Shown here one piece after another: positions 45,040 through 58,343 of a stretch of 64,000 nucleotides of DNA; position 1 is the first letter of the stretch; every line of letters begins with the position of its first letter. The notes under the pieces were generated by a model. The model saw nothing but the letters and a program-made list of their open reading frames with translations, did not search any database and was not told the DNA's origin. The translations under genes were made by a program, and so were the position numbers. This DNA comes from Owenia fusiformis (lineage: Eukaryota), in contig CAIIXF020000001.1 of the NCBI GenBank assembly GCA_903813345.2, forward strand, positions 36,580,001-36,644,000, written 5' to 3'.

Positions 45040-48000
45040 CTGAAAACAGAATAAACTCAATGTAGATTTTTCATTTTCAATTACTGATGAAACAATTATT
45101 ATTTTAGTCTGAATTCAAAATGAATTACTCTACAGAATTTTATCTTGCCATGTAAGTACAAATCAAAATTTAAACTTACTGGATCTTGACATATTAGCTG
45201 GGTAGGCAGAGTCAAGTCTGGCAATCATTGCTTCAAGCTCCGCCTCCTCATCTGCATAATTCTGAGTCTGGTCAAATGAAGGAAGACTGAAGTGGGTTTG
45301 ACTGAGTGGATTCATTGTAGAGTCAAACATGCTATCCCCAAAGTCTTGAAATGTATCAGATTTTGAGGAATTATGTCTTGGATGTTCTACATCACTATGC
45401 ATATAGCTATTTGGAGAGATTTCATTTGTGGGACTCATATTTTGTGAATTAGGTGTTTGCTGCAAAGAACGTCCAACAGAATCCCACCACATGCTGGGTT
45501 GCGAGTGAATTACGCTACTAGGGTGTAGGGTAAGATTTCTATGGGGAGTTGGAGTTGTAGACAGATATGGCTGTGTTCCTGTAATATTTCGATTCAGAAC
45601 AATGTCTCTGAGATTGTGAGGGGTAGCATGGTTGGAGGGAAGAGGCTGGTATGTGGAAGGCTGAGACACAGGCTTAACAGGCGGAGATTGTAGCCTAGAT
45701 TCAACACCTTGTAGATTAGAGATATCCTTCATAGGACCTTGAGACACATGTGGCCTACGTGGGGACGTATCAGGCATTTCAAAGCTGGGATTGGGACTAG
45801 CATAAGCAGGTGGCCGGACAGATGATCTCTGTGGTCTAGATATGACACCAGGACTTGTATAGGCTGATGGTTGTACATTGTAGGATCCTGTTTGAGAAGT
45901 TGAATTGTCCGGACTCCCCTCGGGACTTGGTACGTTAAGCTGAAAGTAAGACTGTGTGTTTGACTCAACTGGAAACAGGTGTTTGGAAAATACTATGACT
46001 GCAAATCTATTCCACAAAATATGTTTTGTCTCTATTTCATAATTTTACATTCAAATCTGATAATAGAATTTAATTAATAATCTTACTTTTTTTACAAGTG
46101 TTATGAGTTGTTTAACTTGGTTCTCCAACTTCTCATTATGCTCTTCTAGTATGTCCTGTTTAACAGCCAATGTCTCATTCTCCTGTTCCAGTAGCTCAGT
46201 CCTATCCGATTCAGAGTTTTCAGGCTCTTGTCTTATATGATAAAGATTCTCGATCTCTTGAAGGAGTTCCCTGAGAAATAGAGGCAATTAAGATTTTTTT
46301 GGTGACAGGGGATATTTTACATATTTTTCTTTGTCTAACATGAAAACACATCCTGTTCAAAATTAATTTGAAAAATATGTCCACATGTAACCTACTGTAT
46401 ATGTAGGTTACATTCAATGTTTACACTCTAGTTATCAAGTTTACTAACTTGTTTTCCTCCTCCAAGTGATAAACCATTCCCTCTAGTTCTCTTTGCTCTC
46501 TGTCCATAGAAGCATGCTGTTCCCTAGATGTATGGTGGCTATTAGATTGTGCTGGGGATGTCTACAACATTTATTTTCAATGGTCAACCAACCATAGGGT
46601 ACATGGTAACAATGTAAACCATGCAATTAGTCAACCTTTTATATAAAAATTAATATCTACAGTCAAACCTTGTCTATTATGGGACAACCTTGTTTCCACT
46701 AAAATGGCACCATTCAGTGCATAATGGTGAAAAAACAACTTCTTCAAAACAAAAAAAAGAAATTGGACCAATGGTGAAAATCCCTATTAAATGGATAGGA
46801 GCATTGGTTCAGAAGAATGGACAGATACAAGACGGACAAACAAGTGGGTGATTTCATAGGTTCACTATTTGAGCCAAAAAGTGTTCTACTTGGGCTTGTT
46901 CCACAACGAGAGATTCAGTGCACATTAAGTCAATGAATTACAATTATTCAAATTTTAACTTTTCGATTTAACTTTCAGGACATCAGACACAATCAAGGTA
47001 TATCATACAGTATTTACAATTCAAAAGTAAAGTAGTTTTGAAGTACTATATATTACCTTAATGACAGGAGGCGGTTCAGTATAATACAGGTCTGCATCCA
47101 CTGTGTCTACAGGGGGATCTAGCTCTGCCTCTGCCAGCTTAGAAGCTGCTTTAGTCAGGGCCTTGTGGACATCTTCATCAGAAACTTGCGGTACACTAAA
47201 ACACAGAGGTGTCAAAGATCAGAAAAATTCAGAACAGTTCAATTTGGAAAATTTAACAAGTAAGTACTGTTATGGTAAATCAAAAACAAATTCCTCTAAG
47301 AGTATATTTTATTCATTATTAGATATTATTACATTGTGAGATTTCATTAAATGATTTTTAGGAAATGACAATATATTCAAGATCTGAAATTTACCATGAT
47401 TTTATTTTCAAATAAATTGGCAGCCCAACTTACTACTTATTATTTTTGCCATTTGTTGTTGGTTTGATTGGCAGATATCTCTGCTTATTTGGGTTCAAAT
47501 GCTTTTTGCTCAAGTTGTTCCTCACAGTCTTTAGAAATGCTTTAGTGTCTTCCTTAGATGATGTCTGCAAGTCAACAAAATGTTAATTGTAAAATGGTGG
47601 TATACTGGATACTGTATAATAGTTAATACCTGTTTGATTTTTGCATTCCAAGTTTTTTCAGTACAAAAAAACTATGACGGTTTTAGAAGCTTACTAACTA
47701 GGGGCTTGAGCTTATGCAGCACCATGATCATGAAGTACAAAGTACATATATGATATACTAGTATATTCCCTCATATATGATGAACATAAAAACCTGTTGG
47801 ACATATACAGGGTGTTCGGAAAGTAAAGATAAAAATACTCTAATTTTAAGAGATTTAGGTTTTTTGAAATGAAATTGCTACAGATTGTAGAGGAATATTA
47901 ATACAATGTGTTACCAACTTTAATCACATACAGTATAGTCTAAATTGGTTAAAGTTATGGTTGTCATGGTTACCGAGGTGGGGTGTATATCAGAGTGTGG

Positions 48001-51000
48001 CATTATCTCTACTAATATGTTACTTACAGCAAGGCAGTATTCCTGAGTTGGGTGGCTGGTCTTATGTTTCTTGGAACATCTCCCAGTGAAGAAACAGTTC
48101 TGACAAAGGTCATAGTTGAAACATTTTAGACATCTATATCTGCAAAAGAAACACCCGTTTAATAGGAGATAAATTTCTTTACCTCCATGGCATAAGTTTA
48201 CAAATGGTATATGCTTTCGCTTTGTAGGGAGAGGAATTATCTATTTGAAAATAAAATTGTCTCTTGAAATAAATAAGATAAAATCTTTTGTATCTGATTC
48301 TTGTGCAATGATGTCTCATTGACCGAAATCATATTCCAATAAATTGCAAAAAAGATCTATAAATGGTGTCGAACTGGTGTATGAGAAAGGTATGTGTGAA
48401 AAATAGAAATTTGCTGACTTCATGTTTCCAGACCATAATCAAATGATAAATAAAGTATCAGTAAGGGTTACCTGATTGATTTCATTTAAGTGAGATGAGA
48501 ACTGAAAAAACAGAACCAAAACAGAACCGGGGGGTAAAAAACTTGAACAAAAAAGGAAAATTTTTGAAACTGCTTTCATAATGTGAGAATATTGTAGAAA
48601 CATTTACCTAAATCCTATGATTGGGAAAGCTTTACAAATATTGCACTTTGATTCATGTTTGGAAGACTCTGCAGCTGCTAATCTATGCATAGTGGGTAAC
48701 CATAGCAATGTCTGGGGCTCCATTAGCAGCCAATCAATGAATGACTCCTGAGACACGCCCACACTACTCCAAGCCTGAAATATGGATCAGTTCTTTTATA
48801 AAACCTCTCAATTTAAAAACTTAAGCTTTGAGGTGGTTAGGTGGTCAGTATAATGCGGAAGTATGATTGGTCAGGCAAAGTAATCTTGAAGTGGCATTCT
48901 GCTATCTTATAGACAGGTGAACAATATTACAGACTGATTATATCACATAAGTTTCCCAACCATGATAATATTATTGAATGGAAATAATTTTGCAAGTCAA
49001 TGAACAGGCTCATTTTGAAAATTTTGATAAATTTGGCATGAGATTCTATATATTTTAAAAAGCTTTTTTGTATAAGTTATTTTTGAAGATTTTAGATTGA
49101 GGCAGTTTATTTTAGCTATAGAGGGCCTTAACTAGCAAACACTATAGGATACAGTACAGTATTTTGAATTTTAGCACAAAACAGTATAGAATAGCATAGT
49201 GCATTACAGCATAAAAGTGAACAGCACGGCATAGTACAGTACAGGATAGTAAAGTTCGCTACAGCAAAATGCAGTACACCATAGCAAAGTTCATTACAGA
49301 ACACTACAAATTTTACTCACCCTGTCAAAACAGTTGTCAACTGCAGCAGCCACATTAAGACCTCCAAAGGCACGACTCTCATCTATCAAATCTGGGATCT
49401 GGAGAGAATAAGCTAAATCTATTACTTGAATTTTTTAATACTTAACGGCAGAATCAGATCTAGCAAGATACTACTGACAACTCTTGACAAAAATTGTTTC
49501 AACTTAAGAATATTTTGAGCTCATATTCTCCCTTTAAATAAGAATTAATCCTAGGTTATGGAATAATTAAAGTTAATCAATTAAAGTGAGAATGTAACCA
49601 CAACCCTTCAATCACTGGTTGAATCCTCCACCTGTATGCAAATGTGCTCGTACGGCTATCTTTATAAAGGATGATAATAATCTGAGAAAGGATTTTTTAG
49701 AAGAATTGTATTTTGGTTCTTTATTTTAAATAATTGGTTGAATAAAAAACAGTCAAATGTTTTTCTTTTTTCAGTAACTTACCCTCATAAGGTCTACTAG
49801 AAATGCAGTCATTTTCTTCTTGTTAACATGGTTGTTGTGATCGGACAGTTGATGGAAGAACACTGAAACAATACAAACATCGTCTAAATTCATTGAATAT
49901 GGTTTTCATTCTGAGAAACTTGGAATTATTGTTGTTATTATTGTCACCACCACAATGGTGATATATTGTGGACACTTTTTGTGGAGGGGGTTCAGCAGTT
50001 GACATCTGTAAACAAGGCATTAACATGCAAAATGTCACCACTTGCTATTTGTTACAGATGACATAATTTGTGACAGACACCATTTGTTACAGACATCAAA
50101 CACCATCCACGAAAAATTTGGAAACTATAACAATATGACATAAAAATGGCAGGTGGTGATGTTTATGTTTTGTTGTTTATTATTGTGCTTTCTAAATTAT
50201 TGTTGATTTTTGTGTATATTAAGACGACTGGCAAATTTAATCTGAAATCACAGAATTCATGTAACACGAAGAGGTCGGGATTACACAAAATATACCAACC
50301 TTTGTATTTTTCTGCCAGCCTCGCACTACATAAGGCAATAAGGCTAAGTTTGACAGACTGAGCTCGGATACATCCAGTTCTTTTCCTAAAACAGAGATTT
50401 ATCATACAATGCACGACTAGGTAATAGGAGTATAGTGCACTGTGTACTTGTGTACAATAGAATTATCTTAGATTTTGAGTAATCACTCCATAAGCATTTA
50501 TTTATAAAAGTTTTTGTATAATGCTCTATAATCCATTATATGCATCGTACTGACTTTGCCGACCTTCTAAAAACAACAATTCACATATGACATTATACTC
50601 TAAGAGCGAGGAGGAAAATTCTTAATAAATGGAGTATAGTTGGTTTGACAGCATTTTCAGTTAGGGGGAAGTCTTGGATGAAAATTCTACCTAGGTGATA
50701 GCTTCACAGAGTGGTACATAATTCTTTTTTTTCAGGGATTAGCCCCACACCCCCCAAAAACACCCCACCCCGGTAAAATAATTTTTTAATTCTCAATAAC
50801 TTTAGATATCTTGATGTTTTTAAGTTACATACATAGACATTGTATATATGAATCATTTGAAAAATAAATAATGCCAATCACTCCTACAGAATTTGAATAA
50901 TAGTACAAAGTGTGTACCCCAGGGGGCAAATTCGTGACCCATTTTCTTACTATTTAGAGCCTCACTTTTCAATCAGACACTGGAAGACATTGGAAAAATT

Positions 51001-54000
51001 CACCTGAAGTGCCTAGTAGCAGACGTATATGCTCTGAAAGGTTCAAATTAATTGAATCAGTATGAGCCGAGAAAAAAATTGTTGATTTTTTGAAAAATTT
51101 GACATTTTTGAGAGGCGTGATTTTGTGTATGACTATAGCTGAGGCCTATGGTTTCTAGATCTATCCCTCTTTGATAATAAATATGGTTTTGAAGTATTGA
51201 ACTAAGATGTAAAAAATAATTAAAATGGGTTTTAAGGAAGTTAAAAGTTTTAAACAAGTTCAAAATTCGAAGAATTGTACAATATCAGGTCTGAATTTAC
51301 GAATTTTAGGTAAGACCTTGGATGAGCCTTAGATTTTTTACATCTGTCCCCTTTTGATGATATTTATGGTTTTGTAGTATGGAACTAAGATGTACAAAAT
51401 AATTTAGATGTTTTTTTAGGTGGTTTAAAGATTTTAACAAATCCCAAATTTGAAGAATTGTACAATATAAGGTCTGAATTTATGAATTTCAGGTAAGACC
51501 TTGGATGAGCCTTATATTTTTTACATCTGTCCCTCTTTGATGATATGTAGGGTTTTGTAGTGTGTAACTAATGAGTAAAAATAATTTAGATGGATTTGAA
51601 GGTTTAAGGATTTTAAATGAGTCCAAAATTTGAAGAATTGTACAATATCAGGTCTGAATTTATGAATTTCCGGTATGACCTTAGACGAGCCTTACGTATT
51701 TTAAATCCTTCCCTCTTTGATGTTATTCATGATTTTATAGTGTGGAACTAAGATGTAAAATATAATGTAGATGAATTTTAAGAAGGTTTAAGGATCTTAA
51801 TGAGTTCAAAATTTGAAGAATTGTACAATATCAGGTCTGAATTTTCAAATTTCAGGTAAGACCTTGGATTGACCTTATATTTTTACATCTGTCAGTCTTT
51901 CAGCTCTTTGATGATATGTATTGTTTTGTAGTGTGGATCTAAGATGCAAAAATGATTAAGATGGTTTTGAAGAGTGTTTAAGGATTTTAATGAGTCCAAA
52001 ATTTGAAGAATTGTATAATATCAGATCGTTATTTTTTAATTTCACGTATGACTGTGGACGACCCTTTTGTTTTTTACATCTATATTTTACATCTATATCC
52101 CCCTTTGATGATATTCCTGGTTTTATGGTATGGAACTAAGATGTAAAATATAATTTAGATGAATTTTGAGAAGGTTTTAGTATACCAACATGTTTTGAAG
52201 AATTGTGCAATATCAGGTTTGAATTTGCAAATTTTAGGTAAGATCTTGGATGAGCCTTATATTCTCTACATCTGTCCCTCTTTGATGATATGTATGGTTT
52301 TGTAGTGTGGAACTATGATGTAAAAAATAATTTAGATGCATTTTAAGAAGGTTTAAGGATTTAAACAATTTGAAGATTTGTACAATATCAAGTCTGCAAT
52401 TAACAAATTTCAAGTATAACCTTGGTTGGCCCATATGTTTTTTAAACCTATCCCCTTTTCATGATATATTTGGTTTAGTAGTGTGGAAATATGTAAAACA
52501 TAATTTAGATAGGTTTTAAAGAAGCTTAACGTTTTAAACAAGTTCATAATCTTGGCGTATTGTACAATATCAGAAATTAACGAATTTAAAGTATAATCTT
52601 GCTTGGCCCTTATATATCCATTCCATATCTATATTTTTAACATCTATCCCTTTTTGATGATATATGTATATATTGTTTAGTAGTGTGGAGCTATTATGTA
52701 AAACATAATTAAGATGGGTTTTAAAGAAGTTTAAGGATTTCAACAAGTTCAAATTTTTACGAATTGTACAATATCAGAGCTGATATTAATGAATTTTTGG
52801 TATTACCTTGGACGAGCCTTATGTTTCTTTACACCTATCCCTTTTTGATGGCATATATGGTTTAGTAGTGTTGAACTAAGATATTAAACATAAGTTAGAC
52901 AGGTTTTAAACAAGTTTAAGGTTTTAAACAAGTTAAAAATATGAAGAATTGTACAATAACAGGTCTGGAATTTATTAATTTTAGGTATAACTGTGGATGG
53001 CCCTTATTCGTTTTTTACATCTAGCTCTCAATGATTATATAATATATGGTTGGTAATATATAGTAGTGTGGAACTAAGAGGTAAAACATAATTTAGATGG
53101 GTTTTAAGAAGGTTTGAGGTTTTAAAGCTGTTCAAAACTTGACAAATTGTATAATATCATATCTGACATTAACGAATTTCAGGTATATATATCTCTCTAT
53201 GATATATGTATCTCTCTATGATAATATATATGGTTTAGTAGTATGGAACTAAGATGTAAAACATAATTTAGAATGATCGGTTTTAAGGAAGTTAAAAGGC
53301 AGAATCAGATCTATAGGGGTGATAAAATTACAAGCAACATGTACAATTCACCTACCAATCTATTCCTTACAATCTTAAATACAATATCTTTAAAAAGATT
53401 CATGATGTGTTAAAAACTGATGAAGTTATAATGGATTCAAAGTGCAAAAATGGGGGAAAAGTGTTTAAATACTCCCAAAATAATAAGAATGGTAATGCCC
53501 AAAGTGCACTTTGGGGATTTTTAGCAAATAGACATGAAAAGGAATGACATAAGCCAGAAATATTCAAAATGGATCTGATTCTCTCTTTAAGGTTTTCAAG
53601 AAGTTCAAAACAAAACAAATTGTACAATATTAGGTCTGAAATTCTTAATCTCTTTGATGATTTACATGGTTTTGTAGTGTGGAACTAAAATGTAAAACAA
53701 AATTTAGGAATTTGGGGTTTTAAGGAGGTTTATATTTATTACTTATTGCTAAATGATTATCGAGAAATTATCATCATTTTGCATTTTTTATAGTATTAAA
53801 AACAGAGTAACCATCAATGTTTCATAAATTCATTTTTATTGGGATCAACTTCGGACTATCATAACTTTGCACCTGTACCCCCAATCACCTTGATCTTTAA
53901 ACCAAAAGGTGTCATTTATCTGTGGCTCAAGCTAAAAATAATAATGATGGCACAAGAAAAACTTGCAAAAAGTACCATTTAAAAAACAGAGGGGTAGGTC

Positions 54001-57000
54001 AATTTGACCCCCCCCCCCTCCCCTGCAGACATTAGGGTTAAACTTCCTTAAAACCCCAAATTCCTAAATTATGTTTTACATTTTAGTCCCACACTACAGA
54101 ACCATGTAAATCATCAAAGAGGTTTAGAATGTAAAGAGCATGAGGATCATTCAAATCTATACCTGAAATTTGTTAATTTTAGACCTGATATTGTACAATT
54201 TGTCAAGTTTTGAACCTCTTTAGAACCTAAAACTTACACAAATCCCATCTAAATTATGATTTACACTTTAGTTCCATACTACAAAACCATATATGTTATC
54301 ATAGAGAGATATATGTAAAAACATAAGGCTCATCTAAGGCTATACCTGAAATTTGTTTATTTCAGGTCTCATATCGTACAATTTGTCAAGTTTTGAACTT
54401 GTTTATAACCTTAAACCTCCTTAAAACCCATTTTAATTATGTTTTACCTTTTAGATCCACACTGCTAAACCATATATATCATCAAAAAGGGATGTTAAAA
54501 ACATAAGGGCCAACAAAGGTTATACTTGAAATCTGTTAATTTCAGATCTGATATTGTACAATTCGCCAAGATTTTGAACTTTTTTAAAACATTTAGTTTT
54601 TTTAAAACCCATGCAAATTATGTTATACATATTATTTCAACACTACTAAACCAAATATATCATGAAAAGGGATAGGTGTAAAAATCATGAGAACCAACCA
54701 AGGTTATACTTGAAATGTGTTAATTGCAGACCTAATATTGTACAATTTTTCAAATTTTGAACTTGTGAAAATCCTACAACCTCCTTAAAATCCATCTTAA
54801 TTGTTTTTTACATCCTAGTTCCACACTACAAAACAATACATATCATCAAAGAGGGACTGATGTAAAAAATATAAGGCTCACCTAAGGTCTTACCTGTAAT
54901 TCATAAATTCAGACCTGATAGTACAATTCTTCAAATTTTGACTTGTTAAAATCCTTAAACATTCTTAAAATCCATCTAAATTATATTTTACAGCTTAGTT
55001 TGTTACTAAAAAACCATAAATATCATCAAAGAGGGACAGATATAAAAAACATAAGGGTCATCCAAGGTCATACCTGAAATTCGTAAATTCAGACCTGATA
55101 TTGTACAATTCTTCAAATTTTGGACTTATTTAAAACTTTAAACTTCCTTAAAACCCATTTTAATTATTTTTTACATCTTAGTTCTACACTTTAAAACCAT
55201 ATTTATTATTTAACATCAAAGAGGGATGGATCTAGAAACTATAAGCGTCAGCTATAGTCATACACAAAATCACCCATCTCGAAAATGTCAAAATTTTCAA
55301 AAATTTAACAATTTTTTTCTTGGCTCCTACTGATTCAATTACTTTGAACCTTTCAGGGCTCATAGGCCTGCTACTAGGCACTTCACATGAATTTTTCCAA
55401 TGTCTTCCAGTGTCTAATTGAAAAGTGAGGCTCTAAAAAGTAAGAAAATGGGTCACGAATTTGCCCCCTAGGGTACACACTTTGTACTATTTTTCAAATC
55501 TGTAGGGAGTGATTGGCATTATTTGTTTTTCAAATGATTCACATATATAATGTCTATGTATGTAACTTACAAACATCAAGATATCTAAAGTTATTGAGAA
55601 TGAAAAAATTATTTTACCGGAATGGGGTGTTTTTGGGGGGTGGGGGGCTAATCCCTGAAAAAAAAAAATTATGTACCACTCTGTGAAGCTATCACCTAGG
55701 TAGAATTTTCATCCAAGACTTCCCCCTAACTGAAAATGCTGCCAAACCAACTATACTCCATTTATTAAGAATTTTCCTCCTCGCTCTTAGAGTATTATAA
55801 TTTTCAAAGCTTTATACTTACATATCATATAAATTAAGAATCCAGTTGAGCAATAAATCAGAGGCCTGATCAGGCCTAAGATTCTTATAGCCAAGTTTAG
55901 CATCATACAGCATTTGGTTGAGTATATCAGTCAATTCTGAAATGTCCAATACAGGGTCTTCATCATCCTTGATTCCCCTGGCTTCAAACACTTCATGGAT
56001 GGTATGTATGTCCAACAGATCCACTGAAACATATTAGGACACATGTTTATCTCAGTTTACTTGACAATGTAAATTTTCATCAAATTCAAATTTTTCAAGA
56101 ATATCCCCTAAAAATACAGTATCATGAATCAATGGAACATTTCTTTATTCATAGTTCACACCAGACTTGAAGGAAACAAAACAAAATACTCACAACATAA
56201 TCTTTTTTGTATAAACCTCAACTTCAATGCAGTCCTGTAGGCAGCATACCTAACATTGTTGAAGTCATCTGAAACAATATACAGTTTACAGTCATGGGTG
56301 AAGTCAGGCATGGGTGAAGTCAGACATGGGTGAAGTCAGTCATGGGTGAAGTCAGGCATGGGTGAAGTCAGGCATGGGTGAAGTCAGGCATGGGAGGCAA
56401 CTGCTTCACCAAAACCTTACAATAAAATTAGTACTCAGAACACTTTTTGCTGAAACTATAAATATGATGTCCATTAGTAATTCTACTGTGTTTGCATTGA
56501 TAGCTGTACTATGTATATTTGTAAACTGGGGAAAAATATATATACAAAATATAATACTGTATCTGGCTTTGAAAAATACTCACATTTAGGGTTATCACAT
56601 TCACAGAGTTTACTGTCGTATTATCAAGTTTGATTGAATACATCCATTGGGAAATACATACCTAATTCTTCTAAAGTCTTAACAAAAAATGGATGGTCCC
56701 ATTGAGTCCTTTCAGTTTTGTGGCTGGAAATAAATCATGAATATCTGATGTGGTTTTCATTTACAGTATTCATTAGAGAGCAGAAGGTCTCTCAACATAT
56801 TAACTCTTTTCTACTATATAATGTCTTTCAGATGTATTTTCCTATAATGATTCTCTACTTTCAATTGTATATGCAAAAAATGAAAACTTCAATCAATGAC
56901 CTATAGTATCATTTTGATATACAGACCCCGTGTGGACTATAATGAACTGTCTAAACTATCAAAACTGTGCAAAAATAACTTACTTAAGATAGTATGGAAT

Positions 57001-57210
57001 ACCATTACTAGTCTCGGACTGCTCCCAATTGTCTAATAATCGATCTGTAAGAAAATAATCAGCATACATATAAGGCATATTAAAGTTCACTTTCAATGAG
57101 TCTTACAATTATATGCACACTTCATGCATCCATCTAAGCAATTTGATTGGTCCCTTACCAGAAGATTTCTTTGTGAGGACCGAAGAAGATTGTTTTGGTT
57201 TTATCCACAT
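44939..57210 (-). CDS. Short dystrophin-superfamily protein (WW, EF-hands, ZZ zinc finger, coiled coil, S/P-rich tail; dystrotelin/DAH-like), about 800 aa; exons 57210-57159, 57044-56984, 56723-56662, 56268-56194, 56023-55822, 50385-50300, 49862-49783, 49398-49321, 48774-48608, 48139-48028, 47564-47434, 47195-47057, 46561-46449, 46270-46087, 45939-45180, 45039-44939
   Basis: Spliced frame (2403 nt) is open: [26 protein letters not shown] (WW), [107 protein letters not shown] (ZZ), [11 protein letters not shown]. The first exon and the exact acceptor of the long penultimate exon are less certain. Confidence 0.92.
45180..45939 (-). CDS. Dystrophin-like exon, long S/P-rich region ending [17 protein letters not shown]
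   Basis: Lies within ORF 45163..46017; TTTCAG acceptor (phase 0), A|GTAAGT donor. Confidence 0.8.
46087..46270 (-). CDS. Dystrophin-like exon, coiled coil 2
   Basis: ELLQEIENL...[16 protein letters not shown]; phase 2/0. Confidence 0.87.
46449..46561 (-). CDS. Dystrophin-like exon, coiled coil 1
   Basis: [17 protein letters not shown]; phase 0/2. Confidence 0.85.
47057..47195 (-). CDS. Dystrophin-like exon
   Basis: [19 protein letters not shown]; phase 2/0. Confidence 0.83.
47434..47564 (-). CDS. Dystrophin-like exon
   Basis: [18 protein letters not shown]...RYLPI; AG/GTAAGT. Confidence 0.88.
48028..48139 (-). CDS. Dystrophin-like exon, ZZ domain
   Basis: [35 protein letters not shown]. 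Confidence 0.94.
48608..48774 (-). CDS. Dystrophin-like exon, start of ZZ domain
   Basis: [21 protein letters not shown]...[14 protein letters not shown]. Confidence 0.94.
49321..49398 (-). CDS. Dystrophin-like exon
   Basis: [32 protein letters not shown]. Confidence 0.88.
49783..49862 (-). CDS. Dystrophin-like exon
   Basis: [34 protein letters not shown]. Confidence 0.87.
50300..50385 (-). CDS. Dystrophin-like exon, EF-hand region
   Basis: [31 protein letters not shown]. Confidence 0.9.
50596..55794. mobile_element. 5.2-kb foldback-type DNA element with about 0.55-kb outer TIRs and mirrored arrays of about 183-bp repeats
   Basis: TACTCTAAGAGCGAGGAGG... / ...CCTCCTCGCTCTTAGAGTA; TTA flanks both ends; about 12 units on the left arm, about 6 on the right; no transposase ORF. 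Confidence 0.9.
55822..56023 (-). CDS. Dystrophin-like exon, EF-hand region
   Basis: LDLLDI...[19 protein letters not shown]. Confidence 0.92.
56194..56268 (-). CDS. Dystrophin-like exon
   Basis: [31 protein letters not shown]. Confidence 0.93.
56291..56394. repeat. 16-bp tandem repeat, about 6.5 copies
   Basis: CATGGGTGAAGTCAG(G/A/T) units. Confidence 0.92.
56662..56723 (-). CDS. Dystrophin-like exon, WW second half
   Basis: [21 protein letters not shown]. Confidence 0.9.
56984..57044 (-). CDS. Dystrophin-like exon, WW first half
   Basis: [29 protein letters not shown]. Confidence 0.9.
57159..57210 (-). CDS. Dystrophin-like gene, candidate first coding exon [17 protein letters not shown]
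   Basis: ATG, open frame, phase-1 donor G|GTAAGG matching the next exon. Confidence 0.55.
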
Positions 57211-58343
57211 CTAGGGAAAGCACTTTTGACTTATGTATAATTTTGGTATTATTTAGAAAGGTGATTTCGTTAAACACTGCCAAGTTTCCCATCTACTGCA
57301 TCCACAATAGAGCAACACGCAAAAACCCAAAATAAATTACATAAATTATGTGGAGTTTTCGAGAGTCAAATATGAGACTGAATTGTTGCCATTATGTTGC
57401 CGTTATGAAGCCCATGGAAGCACTGATTAATCGCTCATTAAATTGAAAAAAAAGTATTGTCTTTTGACATGTTTATTTTGAATTAGTTAAATGTTTTCAT
57501 TTGTTGGAAAATATTGAGTTTCGATCCTGGGAGCCAATTTTCCTTTGCCTAACTCGAGTTTCTAGCCAATTCTTGGATAGAGGTAATTTCATCTGGAATA
57601 CTATGAACTCCATTTGAAAAAAGCTGGCCGGCGTGTAATAAATTTATTGAATATTTCAAAAATAACCATATAAATTAATCATTAATTAAAACGGGACCGG
57701 CTCGGCTCTTTGATGAGATATTGCGTGATTTCATTAGGATTTCATCTAAAATCAAAACAAAATGGCTCCAAGAATAATGGCGATTTTCGAAAACTGAATG
57801 AAATGTTGTTAATGTCTGACAGTAGTAACTGGCTGATAATTTTAAGTTAGCGATCCAGAAGATGTGAACTAATACATTGATCACTTCATGACTTGTGTGT
57901 TTTGGAAGTTTTGGTAAGGTAATAAGACCAAAACTCGCAATTAAAATTGTGATGTGGAAAAATGCCGGACATTTGATTTCAAATTTTATGATTACTACAT
58001 GACCCGTTATACATGTGGGAATTTATCTTTGAACGAAGGCCACGATACAGTGGCCTTAGAAGAAGGTAACCTTGGCCTTACTCGAGTCGCTAGCCAATAC
58101 TTGGCTAGAGGGGATTTCATCTGGAATACTGTGATCTCCATTTGAAAAAAGCTGGCCGCCGTGTCATAAATTTATTGAATATTTTAAAAATCGCCAGATA
58201 AATAAATCATTAATCAAAACGGACCTCGCTCGGCTCTTTGATGAGATATGACATGATTTCATCTAAAATTAAAACAAAATGGCTCCAAGAAAAATGGCGA
58301 TGTTCGAAAACTGGACGAAATGTCGTTAACGTCTGACATTAGT

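Noticed and set aside
49140..49305. Decayed pentamer repeat (ACAGT/ATAGC) near a donor of the dystrophin-like gene
   Set aside because: Ordinary microsatellite; it does not include the splice signal itself.
2224..55260. Regular repeat arrays as possible CRISPR arrays
   Set aside because: All are head-to-tail units without unique spacers, in eukaryotic introns, with no cas genes.
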